DNA of 48,706 bases from Fimbriimonadales bacterium (GCA_045862955.1 BTVI01000023.1:1-48706); one strand, 5' to 3'; positions 8,952-19,113 are shown, counted from the stretch's first letter. The notes: generated from the sequence alone by a model not told the origin. Numbers and translations: made by a program.

Positions 8952-10621
8952 CAAGCCGTGCCCCTTACCTCGTCGCGGATCTCGATAAGCCGTTTCATCA
9001 CATGGAACAAGCTGCCGCTCCACTCCTTACGTCCGAAGGCGTCGTGAAGATCGCGATACAGGGCGAACAGCTTCGCGTACACCGCATGGGCAGCCGGGTT
9101 CGGCAGGAAGGGTTGTGGGCGCAGCCCCGTCATCGCCTCCTGCGCTTCGGGCACGCTCCGGTAGGCCCCACCCACTACCGCCGCAGCCACCGCCGAGCCA
9201 AGAGCGCAGGTCTGGGCAGAACGCGAGACGTGCATCGGTCGGTTGGTGATGTCGGCATAGATTTGCATAACCACGGGGTTCTTTTCGGCAATCCCCCCGC
9301 AGTTCGCCACGCGCTCCACCTTCACCCCATACTCCTCGAAGCGCTCCATGATCACCAGCGCCCCGAACGCCGTCGCCTCGATGAGCGCACGGTAAATCTC
9401 CTCTGGTCTGGTATGGAGGGTATGGCCGACGAGCAGGCCGGTCAGCCTCTGATCCACCAGCACGGTGCGGTTGCCGTTGTTCCAATCGAGCGCAAGCAGC
9501 CCGGACTCCCCAGGGCGGAGTCTGGCCGCCCCCTCCGTCAGCTCCTCGTGGGTTCCGCCGAGGTGCGACACGAACCAGTTGAAGATGTCGCCGACCGCCG
9601 ACTGCCCTGCCTCCATCCCGAAGTGGCCAGGCAGGATGGACCCGTCCACGATGCCGCACAACCCAGGGATGTCGGGCAGTGGGCGGTCGTTGGGAGCCAC
9701 CATCATGTCGCAGGTGGAAGTTCCGATGATCTTCACCAGCGTCCCGGGTCGAATGCCCGTTCCCACTGCTCCCAGGTGAGCATCGAAGGCTCCTACCGCT
9801 ACGGGGATCCCCGCCGGTATCCCGAATCGTCGCGCCCACACTTCCACCAGCGCTCCGGCAGGCTGGTCCACCGTGTATGCCTTGTCGAAGAGCCGCCGTC
9901 GCAGCTCGCCCAGCTTCGGATGAAGCGCGCTCAGGAAGTCCGCGTCCGGCAGTCCGCCCCAACCGTCGTTGTACATCGCCTTGTGACCGGCGGCGCACAC
10001 GCTCGGGCGATAGGCTCCCGGCCGGCACGTTCCCGTCAGCACGGCTGGGACGAAATCCGCGCACTCCATCCAGATGTGCGCCGCGTCGAACACCTCCGGC
10101 GCAACGCGCAGGCAGTGCAGTATCTTCGACCAGAACCACTCGGACGAGTAGGTGCCACCGCACTTCAGCAGGTAGTGAGGGCGAAGATCGGCCGCCTTGG
10201 CGGTTATCTCCGCCGCCTCTGCCGTACTCGTGTGATCCTTCCACAACCAGGCCATCGCGTTGGGGTTGTCGCGGAATCGTTCGTGGAAAGCGAGGGGTGT
10301 CCCCTCCGCGTCGAGCGGCAGGGGGGTGCTGCCCGTGGTGTCCACACCGATGGCGAGAATCCGAGTCGGATCGAAGGCGGAATCGTTGCCCTTCGCGTCT
10401 TGGATGGCGCCGCGAACCGCCTCGTCCATGCCGGTGAGATAGTCGTCCGGGTGCTGGCGGGCTAGGTCGGGGTCTCGCTCATCCAAGATGATGCCATCGA
10501 CTCCGTGGGGATAAGGGGCCACGTGGGTGCCCACTTCGGCTCCATCCGAGACGCGCACGATCAACGCGCGCACGGTATTGGTGCCGAAGTCCAATCCAAG
10601 AGCAAAAGAGCGGGTGTCCAT
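8951..10621 (-). CDS. araB: Ribulokinase (FGGY family)
   Basis: GLDFGT, GVDTTGSTP, LWKDHT, YSSEWFWSK, CAAGHKA, FDAH, GTSTC, EAGQSAVGD, LDWNNGNRT, EATAFG. Confidence 0.95.
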   Translation of the reverse strand: MDTRSFALGLDFGTNTVRALIVRVSDGAEVGTHVAPYPHGVDGIILDERDPDLARQHPDDYLTGMDEAVRGAIQDAKGNDSAFDPTRILAIGVDTTGSTPLPLDAEGTPLAFHERFRDNPNAMAWLWKDHTSTAEAAEITAKAADLRPHYLLKCGGTYSSEWFWSKILHCLRVAPEVFDAAHIWMECADFVPAVLTGTCRPGAYRPSVCAAGHKAMYNDGWGGLPDADFLSALHPKLGELRRRLFDKAYTVDQPAGALVEVWARRFGIPAGIPVAVGAFDAHLGAVGTGIRPGTLVKIIGTSTCDMMVAPNDRPLPDIPGLCGIVDGSILPGHFGMEAGQSAVGDIFNWFVSHLGGTHEELTEGAARLRPGESGLLALDWNNGNRTVLVDQRLTGLLVGHTLHTRPEEIYRALIEATAFGALVIMERFEEYGVKVERVANCGGIAEKNPVVMQIYADITNRPMHVSRSAQTCALGSAVAAAVVGGAYRSVPEAQEAMTGLRPQPFLPNPAAHAVYAKLFALYRDLHDAFGRKEWSGSLFHVMKRLIEIRDEVRGTA

Positions 10622-10696
10622 CGCCGAAGCGGCTCCTCTCGGTGCAGTTTGTTCAGCCCTGCCCTTCGACGCGCGAGAGCCGAGCCCTGCCTGCCA

Positions 10697-11353
10697 CTAG
10701 GTCTTGCCGAGTTGCTGCTGGAGCCACTCGGCGGCATCGGCGGCCTCACGATCCGAGATGCCGTGTGCGACGGGGTATTCCCGGTAGGTCAGGTCCGCGC
10801 CGGCGTCTCGAAGGGCTGCTGCAATGGCGTGCCCCGCCGCGAGTGGCACCAGCGGGTCCGCCGTTCCGTGGGCGATGAAGTAGGGTTTGCCGTGAGCTGC
10901 TTCCCATCGGTAGGGCAGCGCTTCGGTCTCGATGAGAAAGCCACTGAGGCCGATCACTCCGGCCACCAGCGACGGGCGGTGGAGCGAGACGGCGAGCGAC
11001 ATCGCCGAGCCCATGCTGAAACCGTACAAGTACACGCGCTCCGCGTCCACCGGATAGGTGCGCGGCAGGTCCTCCAAAAACCGCTCGAGCAGCCCGAGTG
11101 ACTCCAGAAAGCTCGGGACGTCGGGGGTTAGTTGCTCGTCAATCTCGTGCCAGGTGGCTCCGCCGAATCCGTACGGCCTGGGAGCCCTCGCAGAGACCAC
11201 CGCGACATCCTCGGGCAGCAGCTTGCCGAGCGGCAAGAGATCGTACTCGTCGGCCCCGAGGCCGTGAAGGAACACTACGACTGGATGCGGCGGGTCTCCC
11301 GATCGAGCGGGCGCGTAGATGTGGTGAAGAGGCAGAGGTGTGGAGCCGTCCAT
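10697..11353 (-). CDS. Phospholipase/carboxylesterase (alpha/beta hydrolase)
   Basis: FLHGLG, GFSMG nucleophile elbow, HGTADP, catalytic HGIS. Start taken at ATG 11353. Confidence 0.88.
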   Translation of the reverse strand: MDGSTPLPLHHIYAPARSGDPPHPVVVFLHGLGADEYDLLPLGKLLPEDVAVVSARAPRPYGFGGATWHEIDEQLTPDVPSFLESLGLLERFLEDLPRTYPVDAERVYLYGFSMGSAMSLAVSLHRPSLVAGVIGLSGFLIETEALPYRWEAAHGKPYFIAHGTADPLVPLAAGHAIAAALRDAGADLTYREYPVAHGISDREAADAAEWLQQQLGKT

Positions 11354-11430
11354 GCGACGCGTTGTACCACTGCGGGTACAGTACGTGCGCCACGGACAGG
11401 CCTGGCGAACCGATGGAGGATTAGGACGCA

Positions 11431-12078
11431 ATGAGGACGGCAGCGCTGACGATTGCGGCGATGGCGGCGGTGACCGTCTACGGCGATCGGCTCTTCGATA
11501 TCCCGACCGGTTCCATCCTCGAACGAGGGACCTTGCGGCTGGACTTCTTCGCTGCGACCTCCGACGTTCACCTCAATCGTCAGCGCCTTCAGATCGCTGC
11601 CACGAAGAACGTGGAACTTACCGTTGCGCGCGAAGCACTCCCCGGCATCCACACCCGTGAAAGCCTCGACTTCCACTACAACTACATCCCTCCCATCACG
11701 GAACGCTTTCCTGGCATCAGCTTCGGCGTTCTGGACCTATTCGGGAGCACCGAGGCTGGACGTGCGCCCTACGTCGCCTTCAGCTACTCCCTTCCGATGG
11801 TGAATGCGGCCGCTTGGGAAAAGGACTTTCAACTGCACTTCGGCTTGGGCAGCGGAGCGATCGGTGGGGTTTTCGCGGGGTTCGAGTTCCCGCTGACGAA
11901 TAACTTCACCCTGTGGGGGGAGCACGACAGCAGGCGGATTAGTGCGGGAGCTCAGTGGGCGCCGTGGAGGGGACTCGGCATCCGGCTCTTCATGTCCGAC
12001 AACCGCGCCTGGTTCGGTCTCGGCTTCACCCACGCATTCGGGCGGGCCGGCATTCCCGCAGAAGAGCTCGAACCCTAG
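11431..12078 (+). CDS. Secreted, probable outer-membrane beta-barrel protein (YjbH-like)
   Basis: Signal peptide, DIPTG motif, alternating aromatic/Gly strands, terminal WFGLGFTHAF. GGAGG RBS. Confidence 0.6.
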   Translation: MRTAALTIAAMAAVTVYGDRLFDIPTGSILERGTLRLDFFAATSDVHLNRQRLQIAATKNVELTVAREALPGIHTRESLDFHYNYIPPITERFPGISFGVLDLFGSTEAGRAPYVAFSYSLPMVNAAAWEKDFQLHFGLGSGAIGGVFAGFEFPLTNNFTLWGEHDSRRISAGAQWAPWRGLGIRLFMSDNRAWFGLGFTHAFGRAGIPAEELEP

Positions 12079-13202
12079 CGGTCCGATAGGGGCACGAACT
12101 CCCGCGGCGCAGGCCCGTTGTAGATCGAAGTAGGCCGGATAATGCGGTTCGCCGACAACTGCTCGATCATGTGCGCCGACCAACCCACGGTACGAGACGC
12201 CGCGAAGAGCGGGGTGTACAACGGGATGGGAAGACCCAACAAGTAGTACGTCCACGCTGAGGGAAAGTCCAGGTTCGGAAACAGCTTCTTCGCTTCCCAC
12301 ATTTCTTGTTCGATAGTCTCGGCGATCTCGAACCACTTCCAGTCGCCCTTCTGCTCGCACACCTTCTTGCCGAACTCCTTCATCACTCCCGCTCGGCTGT
12401 CCGAGTGCTTGTACTCACGGTGTCCGAAGCCCATGACCTTCTTCTTGGCTGCGAGCGCCTCGCGGATATACTCCCTCGCTCGGTCCGGAGAACCGACCTC
12501 CAGCAGCAGTTCCATCGCAGCCTCGTTTGCGCCACCGTGCAAGGGCCCCTTTAGCGCGCCGATGGCCGCGATGGTGCCGGAGTACAGGTCGCTCAGCGTG
12601 CTGACCACGACGCGAGAGGCGAAGGTCGAGGCATTCAGCCCATGCTCCATGTACAGGATCAGCGACCCATTGATCACATGTTCCGCGAGCGAGTCGGGTT
12701 TCTCGCCGGTGAGCATGTAGAGTATGTTTCCAGCGTGCGACAGAGCGGGGTCCGGCTGCACCGGTGGCTTACCCTCGACGACGATGCGATACGCGTTCGG
12801 AACCAACGCCCCGATCTGCCCGATGAGCCGGATCGCCTTCCGCATGTTTGCTTCGTGCGAACCGTCCCTGCGGTCCGGGTCATGCAGTGCAAGCAGCGAC
12901 ACACCCGCCCGCAGAATATCCATCGGGTGTGAGTCTTTGGGAAACGCACGCAAGGCATCGTAGACAGCGGCGGGCACCGCTCGGCTCTCGGCAATGGCCT
13001 CACGAAAGGTCGCGAGTTGGTCGCGATTCGGTAGCTCGCCGTTCAGGACTAAGAACGCGACTTCCTCGAAACTGGCCTGCTCGGCGAGTACGTGGACGTC
13101 GTAGCCGCGGTAGGTTAAGACGCTGCGCTCGACGTCTATGTCCGAGATGCTGGATATGCCTGCAACGACCCCCTGAAGCCCGGGGCTATATTCCTGTGCC
13201 AT
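12075..13202 (-). CDS. prpC: 2-methylcitrate synthase / citrate synthase
   Basis: GLQGVVAG, YRGY, EHGLNASTF, GPLHGGAN, MGFGHREYK, PNLDF. Directly downstream of prpB. Confidence 0.85.
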   Translation of the reverse strand: MAQEYSPGLQGVVAGISSISDIDVERSVLTYRGYDVHVLAEQASFEEVAFLVLNGELPNRDQLATFREAIAESRAVPAAVYDALRAFPKDSHPMDILRAGVSLLALHDPDRRDGSHEANMRKAIRLIGQIGALVPNAYRIVVEGKPPVQPDPALSHAGNILYMLTGEKPDSLAEHVINGSLILYMEHGLNASTFASRVVVSTLSDLYSGTIAAIGALKGPLHGGANEAAMELLLEVGSPDRAREYIREALAAKKKVMGFGHREYKHSDSRAGVMKEFGKKVCEQKGDWKWFEIAETIEQEMWEAKKLFPNLDFPSAWTYYLLGLPIPLYTPLFAASRTVGWSAHMIEQLSANRIIRPTSIYNGPAPREFVPLSDR

Positions 13203-13219
13203 ACCGTCCCCCAAACGCG

Positions 13220-14095
13220 CTACGAAGGAAACCGCTTTGACAAATCCCTATCCAGCCGGTCGAAAGCGGGATAGTCAATCAGCTCGTACAGCTCCTGACG
13301 GGTGCGCATTCGACTCAGCAGATCGGATTGGGTTCCGGAGCGCTTCAACTCCGCGTAAGTTTCCCCCACCGCTGCGAGCATTACTCGAAAAGCGGTCATG
13401 GGGAAGATGACGAGATTGTACCCAAGGTCCCCGAAGCGCTCGGCTGGGATAATCGGCGTCTTGCCGAACTCCGTCATGTTCGCTAGCAGTGGGACGTCCA
13501 GCGCGGACCGAAAGGCGCCGAACTCCTCTTCGCCCTCCAGGCCCTCGGGAAAGATCGCGTCGGCTCCTGCCTCGACGTACGCCTGCGCCCGCCGCACTGC
13601 AGCTTCGACGCCTTCGACGCTCCTCGCATCGGTGCGAGCCATGATCACGAACTCGGGGTCGGACCGAGCCTCGCAAGCGGCAGCGATCTTCTGCTGCATC
13701 TGCGCGATCGGGATCACCTGCTTGCCGTCCAGATGCCCACATCGCTTGGGAGAAACCTGATCCTCTAGGTGCAGCCCCGCCAACCCCGCTGCTTCGAACT
13801 CCCGCACCGTCCGCATCACGTTGTGCGCTTCGCCATAGCCCGTGTCCGCATCGCACAAGCAAGGAAGAGGGGTGGCATCGGTGATGTACTTCGCCTGACG
13901 CGCCATCTCTGCGAGGGTGATCAGCCCGATGTCCGGAACCGCCATCAGCGAGTTGGTGACGCCGGCTCCGGAGATGTACAGGCCCTCGAACCCCGCTGCC
14001 GTGGCGAGACGGGCCGTGATCGCATCGTACACGCCGGGCAGGACGACGCCGGTGCGGCCCATCAGCGCCCGTAGCTGGGATGAACGTGTTGCCAT
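13220..14095 (-). CDS. prpB: Methylisocitrate lyase
   Basis: YISGAG, DADTGYG, EDQVSPKRCGHLDGK, ARTDA, LLANMTEFGKT. Confidence 0.93.
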   Translation of the reverse strand: MATRSSQLRALMGRTGVVLPGVYDAITARLATAAGFEGLYISGAGVTNSLMAVPDIGLITLAEMARQAKYITDATPLPCLCDADTGYGEAHNVMRTVREFEAAGLAGLHLEDQVSPKRCGHLDGKQVIPIAQMQQKIAAACEARSDPEFVIMARTDARSVEGVEAAVRRAQAYVEAGADAIFPEGLEGEEEFGAFRSALDVPLLANMTEFGKTPIIPAERFGDLGYNLVIFPMTAFRVMLAAVGETYAELKRSGTQSDLLSRMRTRQELYELIDYPAFDRLDRDLSKRFPS

Positions 14096-14317
14096 GCCCC
14101 CAATGATGTACTGCAAGGCTGTCCGGATGTCGTCTCCGACAGAGCCAGCGAGAGACAGGCGGGCTCTGCGTAATAGGGCGCGAACAGCCAGCAATCGCTG
14201 CGGCGGGGTATACCTGGTGGCCACGCACAGGAGTGCCGCACCGTGCGGAGAATTCAGTAGGTGGCGCAGCGACGCGCCGGACGAGCGGACACCGGTTGAG
14301 CGGAGGACAGGACGCAG

Positions 14318-15142
14318 ATGAACGGCGCACCCGCCCCCACACAGGCAGAGGGCGTAACCGTGGAGAACGCGTGGCTACATTGCGCCAACCCGAAGTGCAA
14401 GAAGACCCTCTTCGCCCGTGAGTTCGAGCGGAGTCTCAAGGTATGCAAACACTGCGGGCATCACTCGCGCCTGTCCGCCCGAGAACGTATCGCCGTCACC
14501 GCCGACGAGGGCAGCTTCTCCGAGCTATTCGGCGAACTGCGCTCGGCGGACCCTCTGCAGTTTCCGAGTTACGCGGAGAAGCTGAAGTCCGCCGAGGCTG
14601 CTACCGCTAGCAGCGACGCTCTATTGGTGGGCACGGCACGGCTGAACGAGCGACGCGTGGTATTGGGTGTCATGGAGTTCGGCTTCATGGGCGGCAGCAT
14701 GGGCTCGGTCGTGGGGGAGCGCATGTACCGCGCTTTCGAGTTCGCCGCAAAGGAGAAGCTGCCGATTATCGTGTTCGCTGCGAGCGGGGGAGCCAGGATG
14801 CAGGAGGGCCTCATCGCGCTGATGCAGATGGCCAAGACGGCAGCGGGCGTGAACCTTGTGAACGAAGCCGGCGTCCCGTACATCTCAGTGTTCACGAACC
14901 CGACGATGGCTGGCGTGCTCGCGTCCTTTGCGTCGCTGGGAGACATCATCCTCGCTGAGCCTGGGGCGAAGGTGGGCTTCGCGGGAGAACGCGTGGCGGC
15001 CCAGGCAACCGTCGGAAAGCCTCCGCCAGACTTTCAGACCGCGGAGTTTCAGTACCGACACGGCATGATTGACCGCATCGTGCATCGGAAGGACATGCGA
15101 CGCACGCTGAACGGTCTCATCTCATTGCTGGTGGGAGAGTGA
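14318..15142 (+). CDS. accD: Acetyl-CoA carboxylase carboxyltransferase beta subunit
   Basis: N-terminal C4 Zn finger, FMGGSMGSVVGE, SGGARMQEG, LMQMAKT, GFAGERV. Confidence 0.95.
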   Translation: MNGAPAPTQAEGVTVENAWLHCANPKCKKTLFAREFERSLKVCKHCGHHSRLSARERIAVTADEGSFSELFGELRSADPLQFPSYAEKLKSAEAATASSDALLVGTARLNERRVVLGVMEFGFMGGSMGSVVGERMYRAFEFAAKEKLPIIVFAASGGARMQEGLIALMQMAKTAAGVNLVNEAGVPYISVFTNPTMAGVLASFASLGDIILAEPGAKVGFAGERVAAQATVGKPPPDFQTAEFQYRHGMIDRIVHRKDMRRTLNGLISLLVGE

Positions 15143-15146
15143 GCCG

Positions 15147-15338
15147 ATGTCCAAGGCCGAGACGGAACTGCAGGAACTGTTGAGGGAACTTCGCGAGAAG
15201 GTGGAGACCGTTCGCCGACTGATGCACGAACGAGGCGATCTCTTCGATGAAGAGCCGGTACGTGCGGTCGTGCATATGCGCGTGCCGCCAGAGGAGGCCG
15301 CCGAACCGACCGAGAGCAAGGGGGCTGAAGACGACTGA
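15147..15338 (+). CDS. Small hypothetical coiled-coil protein
   Basis: 63 aa that exactly fill the accD-accA gap. Its TGA overlaps the accA ATG. Confidence 0.6.
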   Translation: MSKAETELQELLRELREKVETVRRLMHERGDLFDEEPVRAVVHMRVPPEEAAEPTESKGAEDD

Positions 15339-16303
15339 TGGCCCACCTGGACTTCTCGGAGCTGGAGCGACCACTCCAAGAACTTAGACAGCAAATCCAG
15401 AAGATCGAGCAGTTCGCCCGCGATAGTAATCTGCCCGAGCCTGCCGAGCTGGCACGTCATCGCGATCACCTGCGCCGCCTCGAGGAGCGCATCTACTCGA
15501 ACCTCACGGCGTGGGACAAGACGCTGATCGCCCGTCATCCGCAGCGCCCACAGGCTCTCGACTTCATGCGCAACATGTTCGAGGAGTTCACCGAGCTGCA
15601 CGGCGACCGGAAGGGTACGGACGAGGGGGCAATCGTAGTCGGGCTCGCACGACTCGACGGCAGGCGCGTGGCGGTGATTGCCCAACAAAAAGGCCGCGAT
15701 GCGAAGGAGCGCAAGCAGCGAAACTTCGGCATGGCCCGTCCGGGCGCCTATCGCAAGGGAATGCGAATGATGGAGTTGGCGGACCGTTTTCACCTGCCGC
15801 TGATCACGCTGGTGGATACGCCCGCCGCGGACCCCGGGGTGGAGTCGGAGCAAGCGGGCATAAGCTGGGTGATCGCCGAGAGCATGGCACGCATGTTCCG
15901 CCTGACGGTGCCCGTGGTGTCGGCGGTGCTGGGAGAGGGGGGTAGCGGCGGCGCGATCGCCCTAGCGTGCGCGAACAAGGTGCTGATGCTGCAGTATGCC
16001 ATCTACTCCGTAATCCCCCCGGAAGGCTGCGCTGCCATCCTGTGGCGAGACCCGAACCGACGCGCAGAGGCCGCCGCGGCGTTGCGCCTCACCGCCGACG
16101 ACGCGTTGCAGTTCGGGCTGGCCGACGATATCGTTCCCGAGCCGCCCGGCGCAGCACACACCTACCCACTGGACGTGGCGGCCTCGCTTCGAGAGGCACT
16201 CAGCCGCGCGTTGTCCGAGTTGGAGCAACTCGCTCCGTCCGACCTCGTGACGCAGCGGCGAACGCGCTTCGAGCGCCTGGGCGTCACACTGTCGGCGGTG
16301 TGA
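15338..16303 (+). CDS. accA: Acetyl-CoA carboxylase carboxyltransferase alpha subunit
   Basis: ARHPQRP, ELHGDR, RNFGM, GEGGSGGA, YSVIPPEGCAAILW. Confidence 0.95.
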   Translation: MAHLDFSELERPLQELRQQIQKIEQFARDSNLPEPAELARHRDHLRRLEERIYSNLTAWDKTLIARHPQRPQALDFMRNMFEEFTELHGDRKGTDEGAIVVGLARLDGRRVAVIAQQKGRDAKERKQRNFGMARPGAYRKGMRMMELADRFHLPLITLVDTPAADPGVESEQAGISWVIAESMARMFRLTVPVVSAVLGEGGSGGAIALACANKVLMLQYAIYSVIPPEGCAAILWRDPNRRAEAAAALRLTADDALQFGLADDIVPEPPGAAHTYPLDVAASLREALSRALSELEQLAPSDLVTQRRTRFERLGVTLSAV

Positions 16304-16307
16304 TCCG

Positions 16308-17021
16308 CTAGGCCGAGGGCTCCGGGGTGACCAGCAACTGCTCTAGGGCCGCCACGGGGTCGCGGCTCGCCGTCAGCGCCCTACCCACTACCACGTAGCT
16401 CGCGCCCGCCTCGAACGCTTCGCTAATGGTGGCCGTGCGCCGCTGGTCGTGCACCTCGGCACCGGGGTGACGCACTCCTGGGCACACGATGAGAAAGTCG
16501 GGAGATACGAAGCGCCGGATACGAGGCGCCTCGTGAGCCGAGCACACCACGCCATCCAGCCCAGAATCCAGCGCCAGCCTAGCCATCGCGTCGGCGTGCT
16601 CCGCCAGACCGCGGGCTATGCCGAGTTCGTCGCGCAGGATCTCATCGGTCAGGCTGGTAAGCACGGTGACGCCGACCAGAAAGGGCCTCTCGAGCGGCCC
16701 AGCGTCCACGGCGGCGTCTACCGCAGCGCGCAGCATGGCGCTGCCCCCCGAGGTGTGCAGCGTGAGCATCCACACGCCGTAACGCGCCGCTTCGTAAACG
16801 GCAAGAGCGACAGTGTTCGGGATGTCGTGGAACTTGAGATCGAGGAAGATGCGTTCGGCACCGGCATCACGCAGGCGGGCAATCACGTCCAGACCGTGAT
16901 TGACCACCAGCGCCGGCCCGATCTTGAAAGACGTAACGCTTTCGGACAAGGTGCGTACTAGTGCTGCCGCGTCCTTGAGAGAACTCGTGTCTAGCGCGAC
17001 TATGACCCTGCTGCGGTTCAC
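16308..17021 (-). CDS. pyrF: Orotidine-5'-phosphate decarboxylase
   Basis: IVALD, FLDLKFHDIPNTV, VTVLTS, PGVR, DQRR, VVGR. Confidence 0.96.
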   Translation of the reverse strand: MNRSRVIVALDTSSLKDAAALVRTLSESVTSFKIGPALVVNHGLDVIARLRDAGAERIFLDLKFHDIPNTVALAVYEAARYGVWMLTLHTSGGSAMLRAAVDAAVDAGPLERPFLVGVTVLTSLTDEILRDELGIARGLAEHADAMARLALDSGLDGVVCSAHEAPRIRRFVSPDFLIVCPGVRHPGAEVHDQRRTATISEAFEAGASYVVVGRALTASRDPVAALEQLLVTPEPSA

Positions 17022-17353
17022 CCGACACCCCCGAGCGGATGTCCCCTATTGTATCCTGCGCCGGCCCAATGCTGGCCGCCGCTCGTTCGCTTTGCACGTC
17101 TGGAGGCTACGGCAAGTCCGCCGAGCCCCGTGTCTCCGGCGTCCCGCCGGAGCCGTGCATCGCCGGGACGGCGACCTAACTCCCAATCCTCCCTCGGATT
17201 GGGAGCCGGAGCTTGCCATGGCGCGGTCCTGGCGCCCGCGAAGGGTGATCACTCGGCGCACCGCTTCAGAAGTGGGCCCGGGACATAATCGCTTCTTCAG
17301 CGAGCATGCAGAAGCGAACCCAGGGCAATACGGAGCCTCGGAACGCGCCCGTA

Positions 17354-17463
17354 CCCCCTCACCCTAACCCTCTCCCCCGATATCGGGGGAGAGGGAGGCC
17401 GCCTTCCTCTCCCTTCATAACCGCCTTCCTCTCCCTTCATAAGGGAGAGGACCGAGGTGAGGG
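17354..17463. repeat. Pair of inverted REP-like hairpins (CCCTCACCC..CCCTCTCCC..GGGAGAGGG family)
   Basis: CCCCCTCACCCTAACCCTCTCCCCCGATATCGGGGGAGAGGG (17354-17395) and inverted CCTCTCCCTTCATAAGGGAGAGGACCGAGGTGAGGG (17428-17463), with a local 20-bp duplication. Same family at 24576. Confidence 0.75.
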
Positions 17464-17559
17464 TTCAGACTTGGCACGAGAACGCGGCCGGGGGCTCGGC
17501 GCATTCCCCGTAGGCGGTGCTCGCATCGGGCTGCCACTCGGCTATACTTCCACCCGGCA

Positions 17560-18348
17560 ATGAGTCGGGCAGCGTCACAGCTTGCGATCGTGGCGAAAGG
17601 CGCCTCGCCCATTAAGGGCTTCTTGGAGTTCGTCGGTGACCTCACGCTGCTCACCGGCAGGACGGTGTGGTGGGCGCTGCGGCCGCCCTACGAGATTGGC
17701 GAGCTGATGCTCCAGATGGCATTCGTCGGCGTAGCATCCGTGCCCATCGTGGTGGTGACCAGCGCGTTCAGCGGGGCGGTGTTGTCGCTCTACAGCTCCC
17801 TCCTTCTGGTCAAGTTCAACGTGGGATCTCTGACGGGCGGCGCCGTCGGGCTTGCGGTCACGCGAGAACTGGCACCCGTCCTGGCAGGCATCATGGTGGC
17901 GGCACGGTGCGGCTCCGCGATGGCCGCACAGATCGGCTCGATGAAGGTGACGGAGCAGGTAGATGCACTTCGTGCGCTGTCCGTTTCACCCATCGGCTAT
18001 TTGGTGGTGCCGCGCGTGTTCGCGAGCGTGCTGATGTTGCCGGTGCTATGCCTCCTCGGCATGTACGGCGGCGTGATCGGCGGGCTCGTCGTCGGGCAAT
18101 CGTTAGGTGTGCCGGCGGCTGCTTTCATGCGAACACTAACCCAGTTCGTGGAACCGTGGGACATCTACGGAGGGCTCATCAAGTCGGTCTGTTTCGGCCT
18201 GATCGTCGCCATCGTGAGCTGCCGACAAGGCCTCGTGACCGAAGGAGGTGCGGTGGGAGTTGGCCGTTCGACCACCAACGCGGTGGTGTACTCGATGGTG
18301 CTAATCTACATCGTCAACTACTTCTTGGCCGCGTGGTTGTTCACGTGA
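17560..18348 (+). CDS. mlaE: MlaE family ABC permease
   Basis: RELAPVLAG, GSAMAAQIGSMKVTEQVDAL, YLVVPRV, GGAVGVGRSTTNAVV. Confidence 0.93.
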   Translation: MSRAASQLAIVAKGASPIKGFLEFVGDLTLLTGRTVWWALRPPYEIGELMLQMAFVGVASVPIVVVTSAFSGAVLSLYSSLLLVKFNVGSLTGGAVGLAVTRELAPVLAGIMVAARCGSAMAAQIGSMKVTEQVDALRALSVSPIGYLVVPRVFASVLMLPVLCLLGMYGGVIGGLVVGQSLGVPAAAFMRTLTQFVEPWDIYGGLIKSVCFGLIVAIVSCRQGLVTEGGAVGVGRSTTNAVVYSMVLIYIVNYFLAAWLFT

Positions 18349-18358
18349 GGGAGCGGGC

Positions 18359-19099
18359 ATGATCCGGGTGGAAGGCCTGACCGTTCGTTTCGGCGACCGT
18401 GAAGTGTTGAAAGGCATAGACCTCGACTTTCCGCGGGGCCAGACCACGGCGATCATGGGTGCCTCTGGCGGCGGCAAGACCACCTTACTTCGCTGCATCG
18501 CAGGGCTAATCCCCGCTACCGAGGGCCGTGTGTTCTTCGATGGCACGGACGTCACGCGGCTGCCCGAGCGGAAACTTCTTCCCTTTCGGAGGCGGACGGG
18601 TTTCGTGTTTCAGTACGCTGCGCTGTTCGACTACCTGACCGTCGGTGAGAACGTGGCGTTCGGCGCGCAGCGGCTCGGCCACATCCCGCGCTCGCGCATC
18701 CCAGACCTCGTGAAGGAGAAACTCGCGCTGGTCGGGATGCAGGGCACGGAGCACCTCTATCCGAGTCAGCTCTCGGGTGGTATGAGGAAGCGGGTCGGCC
18801 TCGCACGAGCCATTGCGACCGAGCCCGAAGTGCTGTTCTACGACGAGCCGACGAGCGGTCTGGACCCGGTGATGGCGTACACGATAGACACGCTCATCCG
18901 TGATTTGAAGATGCGGCTCGGCGTAACTTCGGTCGTCGTATCGCACGACGTGAACAGTGTGTTTCGGGTGGCGGATCGGGTGGCGGTGCTGGCCCGAGGA
19001 CGTATCGTGGAGATGGGAGACCCGGCTACAATACGGGCGAGCAGGCAGCCGGACGTCGTAGAGCTTCTTTCGGCGTACGGGGCCTCTTCTCTGGAGTAA
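18359..19099 (+). CDS. mlaF: MlaF family ABC ATPase
   Basis: GASGGGKT, FQYAALFD, LSGGMRKRVGLARA, YDEPTSGLDP. Confidence 0.92.
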   Translation: MIRVEGLTVRFGDREVLKGIDLDFPRGQTTAIMGASGGGKTTLLRCIAGLIPATEGRVFFDGTDVTRLPERKLLPFRRRTGFVFQYAALFDYLTVGENVAFGAQRLGHIPRSRIPDLVKEKLALVGMQGTEHLYPSQLSGGMRKRVGLARAIATEPEVLFYDEPTSGLDPVMAYTIDTLIRDLKMRLGVTSVVVSHDVNSVFRVADRVAVLARGRIVEMGDPATIRASRQPDVVELLSAYGASSLE

Positions 19100-19113
19100 G
19101 GAGGCGGCATCCG

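Noticed and set aside
8888..10465. 525-aa plus-strand ORF and similar long antisense ORFs
   Set aside because: Shadow of araB in high-GC DNA with no motifs. The same applies to most other overlapping ORFs in the track.
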